Positions 30,318 to 39,954 of a DNA stretch of 64,000 bases are shown here, one piece after another. Position 1 is the first letter of the stretch. The number at the start of each line of letters is the position of its first letter. The translations under genes were made by a program, and so were the position numbers. The notes under the pieces were generated by a model. The model was not told the origin of the DNA, did not search any database, and saw only the letters and a list, made by a program, of their open reading frames with translations. Location of the stretch: positions 32,001 through 96,000 of the forward strand of contig CAWAQU010000007.1 in the NCBI GenBank assembly GCA_963784355.1. The letters are read 5' to 3'. The stretch comes from an uncultured bacterium (GTDB lineage: Bacteria > Patescibacteriota > JACMRA01).

Positions 30318-30369
30318 AATTGTATATTGTTATTTGTTTTTGTTAGTGTAAATTTACACCTATAGTAAT

Positions 30370-30398
30370 ATTATAACTCAGTTTTTTTGTTTATGCAA
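30370..30398 (-). promoter_or_regulatory. Sigma70 promoter of the tatA operon
   Basis: TTGCAT-17 nt-TATAAT on minus strand. Confidence 0.7.
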
Positions 30399-30400
30399 GT

Positions 30401-33400
30401 TTACTGTATTTTTACAGTCTTCTCTTGAGAAAAGCTTATACTATCAAGAGTTTTCAGAGATTGTATTGTGGATTTAGGGGATTTGAACTCTCCTTTATTT
30501 ATAACTCTTGCATAAAATACGATTGGTCCCTTACTCTCTTTACCAATACAAAAGCTTGTTTTTTGATTGTCGGTACTATATGGGTACCAGACTTCTTTGC
30601 TGTAAACCCATGCATCTCCGGGTGTTTTTGAGGTAGTTTTTAAGCCTGCAGGTAAATAGATAGAGGCTTCATAACAACTATTGTCGATTTTAGATTGATC
30701 TGCGACATAGTTAGCCTCTACTTTTACTAAATCAGCATCATTTAATGAATTTGTTTCCTTATCATTTTGATAAAATTTTAGATCCAAATTTAAATCTTTA
30801 TTGTTGGTAATGTCTTTGATTGGAGTTTGATAATTTGTAACAATACCTAATTGTCCGCTAATGACTTTTAAATCTAATTTAGCTAGGTCCTGTGAGTTTA
30901 TTTCAATGCTATAACTCTGGTTGTTTTCCAATTTTTTGGAGATATTTTGTTCGTTTTGTTTGAAATTAAATTCAACTTTTTGAGGTTTTTGATAATTTAG
31001 AATTGATTCAATGGTTTCAAGCTCAAGTCCGTAATAAATATTAGTTTTGGGTTGGTTAGCTAAATAGTATCGATATAGGTTTTTTGACTGATCCTCATTT
31101 AATTTTGCTCCAAGCAGGCTTTCAAGAAGAGTGTAATAGCTAATTTCATCAGGACTTTCTCCTATTTTTAAGCTAATGGACCTATCTTCCTTGATTTGAT
31201 ATTTGTTGAGTAAATCAGTGTAAATTTTTCTTGCGGCTTCTTTGTTTTCAGCTTCTATAAAAGCCAGAGCAGTAAATAGTTGCTCTTTAGGTGAAAGGTC
31301 TACAATGCCGGCGACTTCGTTGATTTGATTTAAAGCGTTGTCTTTTAGTTTACTTAAACCATACAATGCAATAATTTTACGTTCTCTAGACTCGTTTGGA
31401 TCAGTAATTACTTTATTTAAATAACTTTTTAGGGTTTCATTTTCAAATTTGTTTTTGCCTATTCCAATTGCATAGACACTTGTTTCCAGGTCTGGTGAGC
31501 TGTAAGGATAAATGGCCCAACCATTTGAAGGATTTTGGTAAAGTGTGTAGTCATTATTTGAGTTAATTGCGGCACTTTGGGTAAAGTATCGGTTTAAAAA
31601 CTCAGTAGAAATGTCTCTAGCAAGTTTTTGATCTAACCTATCGCCTGACTGATTTTGCAACTCGGTAAGTCTTTGGTAATATTCACTGCTTGTTTGGTTT
31701 TGGAAAGTTAGAGCAAGTTTTGTATTGTCAGAAACTTTGAATTTTTGGAGTTCTTCGGGGGTAAAGTACTTGACTTCAGTTTTAGTAATTTGGGGGCTTA
31801 AAACATTTATTTCTCTGGTTAGATTATCTACTTGATCACCTGATTTCGCTGCAATATTGAATTTGTGTTTGCCGATCGGTAAGTTTGGTAGCTCAAAATC
31901 TACCGGGTTGCTGCCTTTTGATTCAACTATCTTGTTTTTAATGTTTAAACTCTCGGAATTTATCGTGAAATTTACAGACTGATCTGCAGGTAAATTTGTA
32001 CCAAAACCCCTTAGCTTGATAGTCGGTTTGTCATTTTCATAGTAAATATCATTGATTACGGCTGTTGCAAAAAATGGCTGTTTAACATTGATATTAATTT
32101 TCCCAGAATCTGCTTCTAGTTTTTCTGTAATTGCCTCATAAGTAATTCTCCAAGATGTGAGATTATCTGGAAGTTGAAATTCCAACTTAGCTTTTCCTTG
32201 ATTGTCAGCTTTGACTTGTTTAAAGATTGCAGTGTCCAGAAATTTGTCTCTAAGGCTAGTTCCGCCACCGTTACCTTGACCACCATCTCCAGTTTGGCTC
32301 ATAAATACTTTGTGGGAAGCGTGTACAAACTCTAGTCCGGAATATAAATGCTTATATATATCCTCAAGTATATTTGGTTCATTTGGAGAATACTGCATGA
32401 TAGCTTCGTCTACAACTGAGATATTGACATTTGCTTCAATAGGATTATTTTCTTGGTTTTTTACGTCAATATCAAGCTTAACTGTATCTTTTGGTTTGTA
32501 TTCTTTTTTGTCTGGAGTTACGCTGATTTTTAATTTGCGGCTTTCTTTCTCAAATTCTAAGTTCCCAACCCCCGTTATGTTAAAGGTATTACCATCGAAA
32601 TAAACTCCAAGAAGGTTCATATTTGGTACAGAGTTTTCTTCAAATTTTAGTTCAAAATTAGGGTTGTTTTGTAATTTGTAGGATTTTTGACCATTTTGTA
32701 AATAACTTACCAAAAATTGATTTTGTTTGGTTTCAATTAACTCAGGTCCTTCAATCGGTTGTATTTTAAATTTTGCAGTTTCACCAATTTTATATTTTTT
32801 CTCTTCCATTTTTAGTGTGTAAATCATGTCTTTGGCTGTATAACCGCTTCCAGAATTTACTGTGCCGTATAAACCTCTTTTGAATTCAATTGGGCTGCCA
32901 TCTTTGTCTGTGGTCTCAATATTAATGTCAAAATTGTGTGTTGGATCGACCGGGAAATCAAGATTTATAAGTCCCTCTGTATTTGTACTTGGGCTGAAAC
33001 TTTTTTGGCCTACATACACACGGTTGTAACTATAATTATTTACGGTTTTTTTACTGATCAAGTCATAATATTGGCCGCTAACATAGCGCTCATATTTATA
33101 TTCAAAAAGTGTGATTTTTACTTTTTTATTAGCAACTGACACTCCTTTGAAATCTTTATCATCTTTCGCTGTGCCGTTATTTATTTTGCTTAAATCAATT
33201 TCATTAAGTCCGATTTTTATTGTGCCCTTATTTTGTTTAATTTCGGAATTTATATCCACGTAAGTTTTATTATCAAAGTAAAGCACGTTTTGGTATAAAG
33301 CACTATCAAACTCCTCAGAAAGTGCGGGGGTAATAGTTATGTAAGCTTGATTTATTCCATCATTACTCTGATCAGATTTTTTTACTAAGGGTACTTGAAA

Positions 33401-35461
33401 ATTAAATTTGCCCTCTTGGTTTGTTTTTATAATGGGAGTTTGATTATTCCCATAACTATAGCTAATATCAAGATTGTTTACTGGTGTTTCTTCAAAAAAA
33501 CTGGCTTGTCCTCGAATAGTGGCAGATTCACCGGCAAAATAAGCTTTCTTTTCGGGTCCAGCAGTTATTTTATACGAAGGGGCAATAAAGTTTTCTACTC
33601 TAAAGTAATTGGATTTAATGAGGTTATTTTGGGAATCAAAAATGTCTAGAATGTAATTTCCGGTGGTTGCATTATCGATTATAAAGTCAGAATTAAATAT
33701 ATTCTGTTCAGTTTTCAAGTTTTTGCTGATAATTTCAACTTTTTTATAACTCATGACGGAATAGTCTTGTTTACTAATCACAGCCTTGATTTCCTCTGAA
33801 TTTTTTGCGTTTACTCGGTTTTTAAGTACGCCCCAAAATTGAATTTTGTCGCTAGGCCTATAAATTGATCTGTCTGAATATAGATGACTCCAATAATCTT
33901 GGCTTTGATCGGTTGAGTAAATATTGAGGTTTTCAGTTCTTGTTTTAATTAAAATAAGTCTTTGATCCTCTGAAGTAATATTATAAAAATATATACTATC
34001 TTGAATTTTGGGAAAAATAGCTATACCCTGATCATTAGATGTAAAAAACTTATCTGAATTTGCCACTTGGATTTTTGCATTTGCTGCGGGAGATTTGGTA
34101 GTTAGATTTTGTAACCAGATTAGATTTTCAGTTTTAGTTTCCTGTATAAAACCGACTAAATTGGTAATCTGCAAAATTGACTGTACTTTTTTGCCGTTTG
34201 ATTCCACCTCAAGTAGATAAATACCTTTTTCTAATCCTTTTGTTGTATCAATATATTGTTCACTAGGTGTTGTTTTGGTAATAGTGTAATTTTGTGAACT
34301 TACTTTGTTTAGTTCTGTTGTATTTGGATAGAAAGTAGTAGGTTGGAAATTTTGCCAGTTATTGAAATTGCTGATGTAATTATTTAAGGTTGTGTTTATT
34401 TGTTCTTCAGACTTGAAATTGTAGATACTAACAGTGGTTTTAAGGTCTTCAAAGGTACTAAAAACCGGTACCACGATTTGCTCTGCAGGTTTGTATTCAA
34501 TAAATGTATTAATTAAACTAAATTCTTTATACTCCGGATCATCATTAATTGTTTGAAACTGAAATAAATAATCTTGAGCTAATTTTCCTGAATTATCTTT
34601 AGTAGTCAGCCCTTGTTTGATTTTTACAGTGTATACTGTATTTTTCTCCAGATTTTTTGGAATGAAAACTGCTACACGGCCATTTCTTTTAAAAGTGCCT
34701 TCAACTTTTGGTGTAATCTCAAAAAACTGATCTATGTCATTGTAACTATCTGTGTTAAATACCACTTCAATGCCTGTGTTTGCCGGTACACCATTTACTT
34801 TATTTGTAGGTGTAGTACCAAGTATTCTAAATTCATCTTTTACTTGATAGGCCCAACTCAAATTTTTAGCGCTTGTTACGTCGTTTTTGTCAGGGATTAC
34901 CTTTAATTCAAACTTAACTACTTCATTGGCAGTTGGTTTTTGAGTTAGATTTAATTCATAGTTAGTATCACTATTTTTTTTCAGTTCATAGGGTAGGGAA
35001 GGAGTAAGTTTCAAATTATCTTTAATCTGTTTTTCAGTTATGCTGTTTGCTGAAGTTATTGTATATGTAGAGTTAGAATCAACTCCCAAGTTTGTTTTTG
35101 TATTTGGTTTGATTTCGATCTCTTGAGCGCTGGCGTTGATTGGAGAGAAAGGATTAATAATATTAGCTAAGTTGTTTGTAATATTTTTACCTGCTCCGGC
35201 TTGACTAAGCACTAAGGCAATTAATATTCCGACTACAACTAGACTACTTGCAAATCCTAAACCTAACACAATAATTCTATTTGAGAAGAGGGATTTCAAA
35301 TTTTCTCGGGTTTTTGCAAATATATTTTGGGTTTTCAGATTAGTTTTTACAAATTGATTTAGACTGCTTTTCTTAGATTTTAGATAAGATGTATTTTTTT
35401 CAAATACAGGTTGCAAGGATTCTTCCTGTAAGTCTTCTCTATTTGGTAAAAATTTCGACAT
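30401..35461 (-). CDS. Membrane-anchored alpha-2-macroglobulin family protein with N-terminal Ig-like (Big_5/SbsA-like) domains
   Basis: SDRSIYRPSDKI (MG2), YKPKDTV, SVVDEA, LRDKFLDTA, LPDNLTSWRI, YARVINKGEF. Confidence 0.9.
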   Translation of the reverse strand: MSKFLPNREDLQEESLQPVFEKNTSYLKSKKSSLNQFVKTNLKTQNIFAKTRENLKSLFSNRIIVLGLGFASSLVVVGILIALVLSQAGAGKNITNNLANIINPFSPINASAQEIEIKPNTKTNLGVDSNSTYTITSANSITEKQIKDNLKLTPSLPYELKKNSDTNYELNLTQKPTANEVVKFELKVIPDKNDVTSAKNLSWAYQVKDEFRILGTTPTNKVNGVPANTGIEVVFNTDSYNDIDQFFEITPKVEGTFKRNGRVAVFIPKNLEKNTVYTVKIKQGLTTKDNSGKLAQDYLFQFQTINDDPEYKEFSLINTFIEYKPAEQIVVPVFSTFEDLKTTVSIYNFKSEEQINTTLNNYISNFNNWQNFQPTTFYPNTTELNKVSSQNYTITKTTPSEQYIDTTKGLEKGIYLLEVESNGKKVQSILQITNLVGFIQETKTENLIWLQNLTTKSPAANAKIQVANSDKFFTSNDQGIAIFPKIQDSIYFYNITSEDQRLILIKTRTENLNIYSTDQSQDYWSHLYSDRSIYRPSDKIQFWGVLKNRVNAKNSEEIKAVISKQDYSVMSYKKVEIISKNLKTEQNIFNSDFIIDNATTGNYILDIFDSQNNLIKSNYFRVENFIAPSYKITAGPEKKAYFAGESATIRGQASFFEETPVNNLDISYSYGNNQTPIIKTNQEGKFNFQVPLVKKSDQSNDGINQAYITITPALSEEFDSALYQNVLYFDNKTYVDINSEIKQNKGTIKIGLNEIDLSKINNGTAKDDKDFKGVSVANKKVKITLFEYKYERYVSGQYYDLISKKTVNNYSYNRVYVGQKSFSPSTNTEGLINLDFPVDPTHNFDINIETTDKDGSPIEFKRGLYGTVNSGSGYTAKDMIYTLKMEEKKYKIGETAKFKIQPIEGPELIETKQNQFLVSYLQNGQKSYKLQNNPNFELKFEENSVPNMNLLGVYFDGNTFNITGVGNLEFEKESRKLKISVTPDKKEYKPKDTVKLDIDVKNQENNPIEANVNISVVDEAIMQYSPNEPNILEDIYKHLYSGLEFVHASHKVFMSQTGDGGQGNGGGTSLRDKFLDTAIFKQVKADNQGKAKLEFQLPDNLTSWRITYEAITEKLEADSGKININVKQPFFATAVINDIYYENDKPTIKLRGFGTNLPADQSVNFTINSESLNIKNKIVESKGSNPVDFELPNLPIGKHKFNIAAKSGDQVDNLTREINVLSPQITKTEVKYFTPEELQKFKVSDNTKLALTFQNQTSSEYYQRLTELQNQSGDRLDQKLARDISTEFLNRYFTQSAAINSNNDYTLYQNPSNGWAIYPYSSPDLETSVYAIGIGKNKFENETLKSYLNKVITDPNESRERKIIALYGLSKLKDNALNQINEVAGIVDLSPKEQLFTALAFIEAENKEAARKIYTDLLNKYQIKEDRSISLKIGESPDEISYYTLLESLLGAKLNEDQSKNLYRYYLANQPKTNIYYGLELETIESILNYQKPQKVEFNFKQNEQNISKKLENNQSYSIEINSQDLAKLDLKVISGQLGIVTNYQTPIKDITNNKDLNLDLKFYQNDKETNSLNDADLVKVEANYVADQSKIDNSCYEASIYLPAGLKTTSKTPGDAWVYSKEVWYPYSTDNQKTSFCIGKESKGPIVFYARVINKGEFKSPKSTIQSLKTLDSISFSQEKTVKIQ

Positions 35462-35474
35462 ATTTGAGAGATAA

Positions 35475-36155
35475 TTAAATTTTTTGTTGGTTTTTGGTTA
35501 TATTTGTAGATTCAGTAGAATTAAAAAATGATGGTTTTGCTGGTAAAGTTGTATTTTGCTCAGTAATATAAACTTCTGTTTCGCTTGAATTTGTTGTGTT
35601 TTCGGACTGTTTAAAACTAATCCATAATTCCGTACAGCCTGACTTTAGCTTAGAAAATGATCTTTTTAGTTTTTGGCGCACTGTTGCTGATTTTAAATTG
35701 TATTTTATACCGATTTGGGTACTGTTTTTATTATCAATAATCGATTCTGCAACAATATTATAATCTTCACCTGTAAGTTGTTTTTTACAACATTCTATTA
35801 GCTGTTGAATTTTGGCTTCATAATGCTCGCTATATTTATTTTCATTTTCTTCAACACTTTCAAAATGTGCGTAGTCTTGAGTCTGAAAATCTGTATTTTC
35901 TTCAAGTATTACAGTAAAAGGTGAGCGATTTTTGTTATCTATAAATTTGTATTGTTGATTTTTAGCAGTTTGCCAGATAAATCCCTTTGGATTCTCCACA
36001 TTTTCGGCTAGGAAAAAAGCGGTAAGAACATTGGAAGTAAGGTCTTCTACATCTTGCTGATTGTTTAGGCGCCTGTAGAAATATCCATAAACTAAAGGAT
36101 ACCAATAATCCCAAGCCTCACTGATATCTTTTTTTGAAATTTCAGAGTCGAGCAT
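35475..36155 (-). CDS. ECF-type RNA polymerase sigma factor
   Basis: VYGYFYRRL..QQDVEDLTSNV, FIWQTAKN (region 2); QIG...SATVRQKLKRSFSKL (region 4). Confidence 0.85.
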   Translation of the reverse strand: MLDSEISKKDISEAWDYWYPLVYGYFYRRLNNQQDVEDLTSNVLTAFFLAENVENPKGFIWQTAKNQQYKFIDNKNRSPFTVILEENTDFQTQDYAHFESVEENENKYSEHYEAKIQQLIECCKKQLTGEDYNIVAESIIDNKNSTQIGIKYNLKSATVRQKLKRSFSKLKSGCTELWISFKQSENTTNSSETEVYITEQNTTLPAKPSFFNSTESTNITKNQQKI

Positions 36156-36281
36156 ATATACGCTACTATTATAGTACAGAGGTGTTACACAGTAAGTATA
36201 GATAGTTTTTAAGGTTATGTAAAATCAGTAGAGGACTCTAGTTGACAATTTTCATGTATATATGGAAAATAAGGTTAATTT

Positions 36282-39200
36282 ATGCTAAGTTCTGAATTGG
36301 AAGTACTGAAATTTTGGAAAGAGTACAATATTTTTGAAAAATCTCTTGAACAAAGAAAAGGGGCGGATAATTTTGTGTTTCTTGATGGGCCTCCTTTTAT
36401 TACTGGAATGCCGACTTTCGGACATATTTCTACGGGTTATCCGAAAGATATATTTCCTAGATATTGGACTCAAAAAGGCAAAAATGTAGCCCGCAGGTGG
36501 GGCTGGGATTGTCATGGCTTACCTATTGAAAACCTGGCTCAAAAGCAACTAAATATCAAAGATAAAAGACAGATTGATAACGAAATAGGTGTAGATAAAT
36601 TCAACGAAGTTTGTAGGCAAAATATTATTAGTTTTGATGCGGAGTGGCGTAGTATTGTAGAGCGAACCGGGCGTTGGGTAGATATGGACTGGCAGTACAG
36701 AACTATGGATGTAGATTACATGGAGTCAGTTTGGTGGGGACTTGGTCAACTTTGGGAAAAAAACTTGTTGTATAAAGACTATCGCGTGAGCCTATATTCA
36801 CCATCTATGGGAGCGACACTTTCACACATGGAAATTGCTGATGATATTAAATATGTAAATGACACTTTGGAGACTCCGGTTGCCAGATTTAAGGTAAAAG
36901 AAAATTCCAAAAATAAGTTGATTGATAAAATCATTGAAGAAGTTTCGTTTAATTTTTCCGAACAGCAAAGATATAGAATGGATATTGAGAAGAGGATTTC
37001 TCTCTTAGATAAACTTGATGCAAAAGGTAAAAAGACCAGTCTAAAAGAATTGCTAAAGGGAGGCAGTAAACCTGAATTTAACGGAATTGAATGGGATAGT
37101 TTTAAAACTGATTTGGAAGCTGGGGAAGAATTAAAACATTTGAAAGAACAGTATAGTATAATTTTAGAAAATCTGGATACGCTGCAGAAATTGAAAGATA
37201 TCCTGAGCAAAAATTATGAGATTAGCTTGCTTGCTTGGACTACAACACCTTGGACTTTTCCGGCAAATGTAGCTTTGGCTGTAGGGAGTGAAATTGAGTA
37301 CTCCATGTATTATTTGGGGGCAAGTTCAGAATTAGTAATTTTGGCTGAAAATAGAGTAATTCCTATACTTTCCCTAAAACTACACGATGCGATTACAAAA
37401 TCTCCCGAGTTGGAAAAAGAATTGCAACATGTGACTGATAGTAGTGAATATTTTCAAAAGCTAGGTGTAGATATAATAAAAATTGTTAGTTTTACAGGCA
37501 CTGATCTTGCCGGACTTGAATACAAACCATTGTTTGAACCAACTCAGGAAGTAGAATCCTATGAAGAAAAAGAAAATATTTATAGGGTTTATACATCTGA
37601 AGTAGTTACAAATATTGAGGGTACTGGTATTTTGCAAATCGCACCTGCTTATGGTGGAGAGGATTTTGAAATTAGAAAGCAATATAATTTACCGGTTTTA
37701 ACTTGTCTTAATGAGTACGGCGAGCTGATGAATAATCTAAATCCGGACTTGAAGCCTGCTTTTGGTAAAAATTTTGCCGTGGCTAATGATATTATTAACA
37801 ATATTTTAAACGATAAAGGATTACTATTCACCAAGTTTAAATTTACTCACAAATATCCTGTATATAATCGAGATGAGAAGAAAGTCTACTATGCTGCCCA
37901 GGAAAACTGGTATATCGGCGAAACTAAGTTATTGCCGCAAAGTTTGGAAGTAAATAAAGATATCAATTGGTATCCTGAGCATTTAAAAGAAGGAAGATTC
38001 AAGATAGGACTTGAGAGTGCACCTGACTGGTGTATTTCCAGAAAAAGATATTGGGGCACACCGTTACCGATTTGGCAGACTAGTGATAAATCCAAAACCA
38101 TTTTTGTTGATTCTATAGAGAAACTAGCTAAATTTGCAGTTAATCCAATTTATAAATTGTACAATACAAAAGATTTATTGCCTGATTCTTATGATTTAGG
38201 TAAAACTGTAATTGTAAGTGATTCTCATAGCAAATTGCCACTTGGAATTACTGCTACTCAGTATCGTAGTAAAAATCTGACTGATTTAAGAAAAGAAAAA
38301 ACTTTGGAGATCAAAAAATTTGCCGAATACGCACAAAAGATTCTTGATGAAGTGCTTGTTTTATTTGAAAAATACCAGATTGTACAGGTATTATTTGATA
38401 ATGATGAACAGGTATTGTGGACTACATGGCTACTAAGTTTAAACCCAAATAGCAAAAAAAATCTGAGAAATTTCTATTTTTACAAACAAGTGAGGCAAGA
38501 CTTGGAAGAATATACCCCGTTCGGAAATATACAACTTTTAGATCTGCATAGACCTCATATTGATCACATACTTTTAGCTGATGAAGTGGGTAATATCTAT
38601 ACTCGTATTTCAGATGTTATAGATTGCTGGATTGATAGCGGCTCTGCTCCTTGGGCAAGTTGGCATTATCCTTTTGAAAATAAGGAATTTGTAGAAAAAA
38701 ATACCCCTGCTGACTATGTTGTAGAGTATGAAGGTCAAATTAGAGGGTGGTTTCATGCATTGCATGTTTTATCTACTGCGATTTTCAATAAGCCTGCCTT
38801 TAAAAATGTTCATGTTCATGGGACTTTGCTTGGAAATGACGGTAAAAAACTCAGTAAATCCAAGAAGAACTTTGATTCCACTCCGGATGTTTTGATGGAT
38901 AAGGTGGGTAGTGATGCTCTAAGACTATATTTCACTTCCGGTCCTTATTTTAACGGGGAGACAATCAGCATGAAAGATAAAGATGTAATGACAGTTTTTA
39001 GGGATTCCACGCTACTACTATCCAACAGTATAAAATATGTAGAATATGTACTGGATGTCTATGGAAGAGATAATAATTTACCTAAAACCTATAAACACCC
39101 TTTGAATAGGTGGTGGCAGGCCTATGTTCAGGACTACGCCTTGAAAATTGATAATTACATGGAGAATTATAATATTATTGAAGCTTCCAGATTAATAATT

Positions 39201-39953
39201 CCATTTGTTAATGATTTCTCTACTTGGTATATTAGAAGATCCAAAGATTTATTAAACACACATGGTGCTGAAATTGCAGCTTGTTTGAAAGAAACATGTA
39301 AATTATTTGCAACTATTACAGCTAGTTTACAGCCTTTTAATTCAGAAAGAGTCTGGTCGGTTGTAAAAGATAAATATGATCCGATTTCAGTACATTTGAC
39401 TGACATTTCAGGATTTGAGAAACTTAGTGAAAAACAAGAGGTTTTACTTAGAAAAATGGGAAGTTTGCGAGAACTTATTAGCCAAATCCACTCAATTAGA
39501 AAAGAAAAACAAATTAGAGTCAGACAGCCTTTATATGCAGACTATAAACAGTTTGATGCAGATCCGGGCCTACTTGAGCTCCTGAAAATGGAATGTAATT
39601 TACTTGAAAAAGATTTATCACGAACTGAAGGTGAAATATTTGAAGCAAGTAGTGAATTTGGTATATTAAAAATTGATTTGGTAGTTGATAAGGATCTTAG
39701 TGTCCTAGGGTTTATTAGGGATTTTGAAAGGTCCGTACAAGAATTTAGGAAAAAACAAGGTTTTAAACCGGGCCAAATTGTACCTATGAAATGGCAAACA
39801 ATTGAAGTTGAGGATGATGAAATCTTGCAAAAAGTACTTAAACAAATTGACTGGAGTAAACTTTGTGTAGAAATAAAGTGGGTTGAAGATTTGAACATTG
39901 AACTAAATAAAACATTTGAAGTAAAAGATCTTGTAAAAATAATTGTAGATTAA
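36282..39953 (+). CDS. ileS: Isoleucyl-tRNA synthetase (type 2) with large insertions
   Basis: FLDGPPF, GWDCHGLPIE, WTTTPWT, DWCISRKRYWGTPLP, DLHRPHID, GKKLSKS, WYIRRS. Confidence 0.93.
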   Translation: MLSSELEVLKFWKEYNIFEKSLEQRKGADNFVFLDGPPFITGMPTFGHISTGYPKDIFPRYWTQKGKNVARRWGWDCHGLPIENLAQKQLNIKDKRQIDNEIGVDKFNEVCRQNIISFDAEWRSIVERTGRWVDMDWQYRTMDVDYMESVWWGLGQLWEKNLLYKDYRVSLYSPSMGATLSHMEIADDIKYVNDTLETPVARFKVKENSKNKLIDKIIEEVSFNFSEQQRYRMDIEKRISLLDKLDAKGKKTSLKELLKGGSKPEFNGIEWDSFKTDLEAGEELKHLKEQYSIILENLDTLQKLKDILSKNYEISLLAWTTTPWTFPANVALAVGSEIEYSMYYLGASSELVILAENRVIPILSLKLHDAITKSPELEKELQHVTDSSEYFQKLGVDIIKIVSFTGTDLAGLEYKPLFEPTQEVESYEEKENIYRVYTSEVVTNIEGTGILQIAPAYGGEDFEIRKQYNLPVLTCLNEYGELMNNLNPDLKPAFGKNFAVANDIINNILNDKGLLFTKFKFTHKYPVYNRDEKKVYYAAQENWYIGETKLLPQSLEVNKDINWYPEHLKEGRFKIGLESAPDWCISRKRYWGTPLPIWQTSDKSKTIFVDSIEKLAKFAVNPIYKLYNTKDLLPDSYDLGKTVIVSDSHSKLPLGITATQYRSKNLTDLRKEKTLEIKKFAEYAQKILDEVLVLFEKYQIVQVLFDNDEQVLWTTWLLSLNPNSKKNLRNFYFYKQVRQDLEEYTPFGNIQLLDLHRPHIDHILLADEVGNIYTRISDVIDCWIDSGSAPWASWHYPFENKEFVEKNTPADYVVEYEGQIRGWFHALHVLSTAIFNKPAFKNVHVHGTLLGNDGKKLSKSKKNFDSTPDVLMDKVGSDALRLYFTSGPYFNGETISMKDKDVMTVFRDSTLLLSNSIKYVEYVLDVYGRDNNLPKTYKHPLNRWWQAYVQDYALKIDNYMENYNIIEASRLIIPFVNDFSTWYIRRSKDLLNTHGAEIAACLKETCKLFATITASLQPFNSERVWSVVKDKYDPISVHLTDISGFEKLSEKQEVLLRKMGSLRELISQIHSIRKEKQIRVRQPLYADYKQFDADPGLLELLKMECNLLEKDLSRTEGEIFEASSEFGILKIDLVVDKDLSVLGFIRDFERSVQEFRKKQGFKPGQIVPMKWQTIEVEDDEILQKVLKQIDWSKLCVEIKWVEDLNIELNKTFEVKDLVKIIVD

Positions 39954-39954
39954 T

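Larger units (their letters stand above)
29693..30320. repeat. 158-bp identical direct repeat (29693-29850 and 30163-30320) covering both tatA cores
   Basis: Base-for-base identity read by eye, offset 470 bp. Confidence 0.9.

Noticed and set aside
24735-30400. Prophage or tailocin
   Set aside because: No integrase, terminase, capsid, sheath, tube or baseplate genes; flanked by cellular genes
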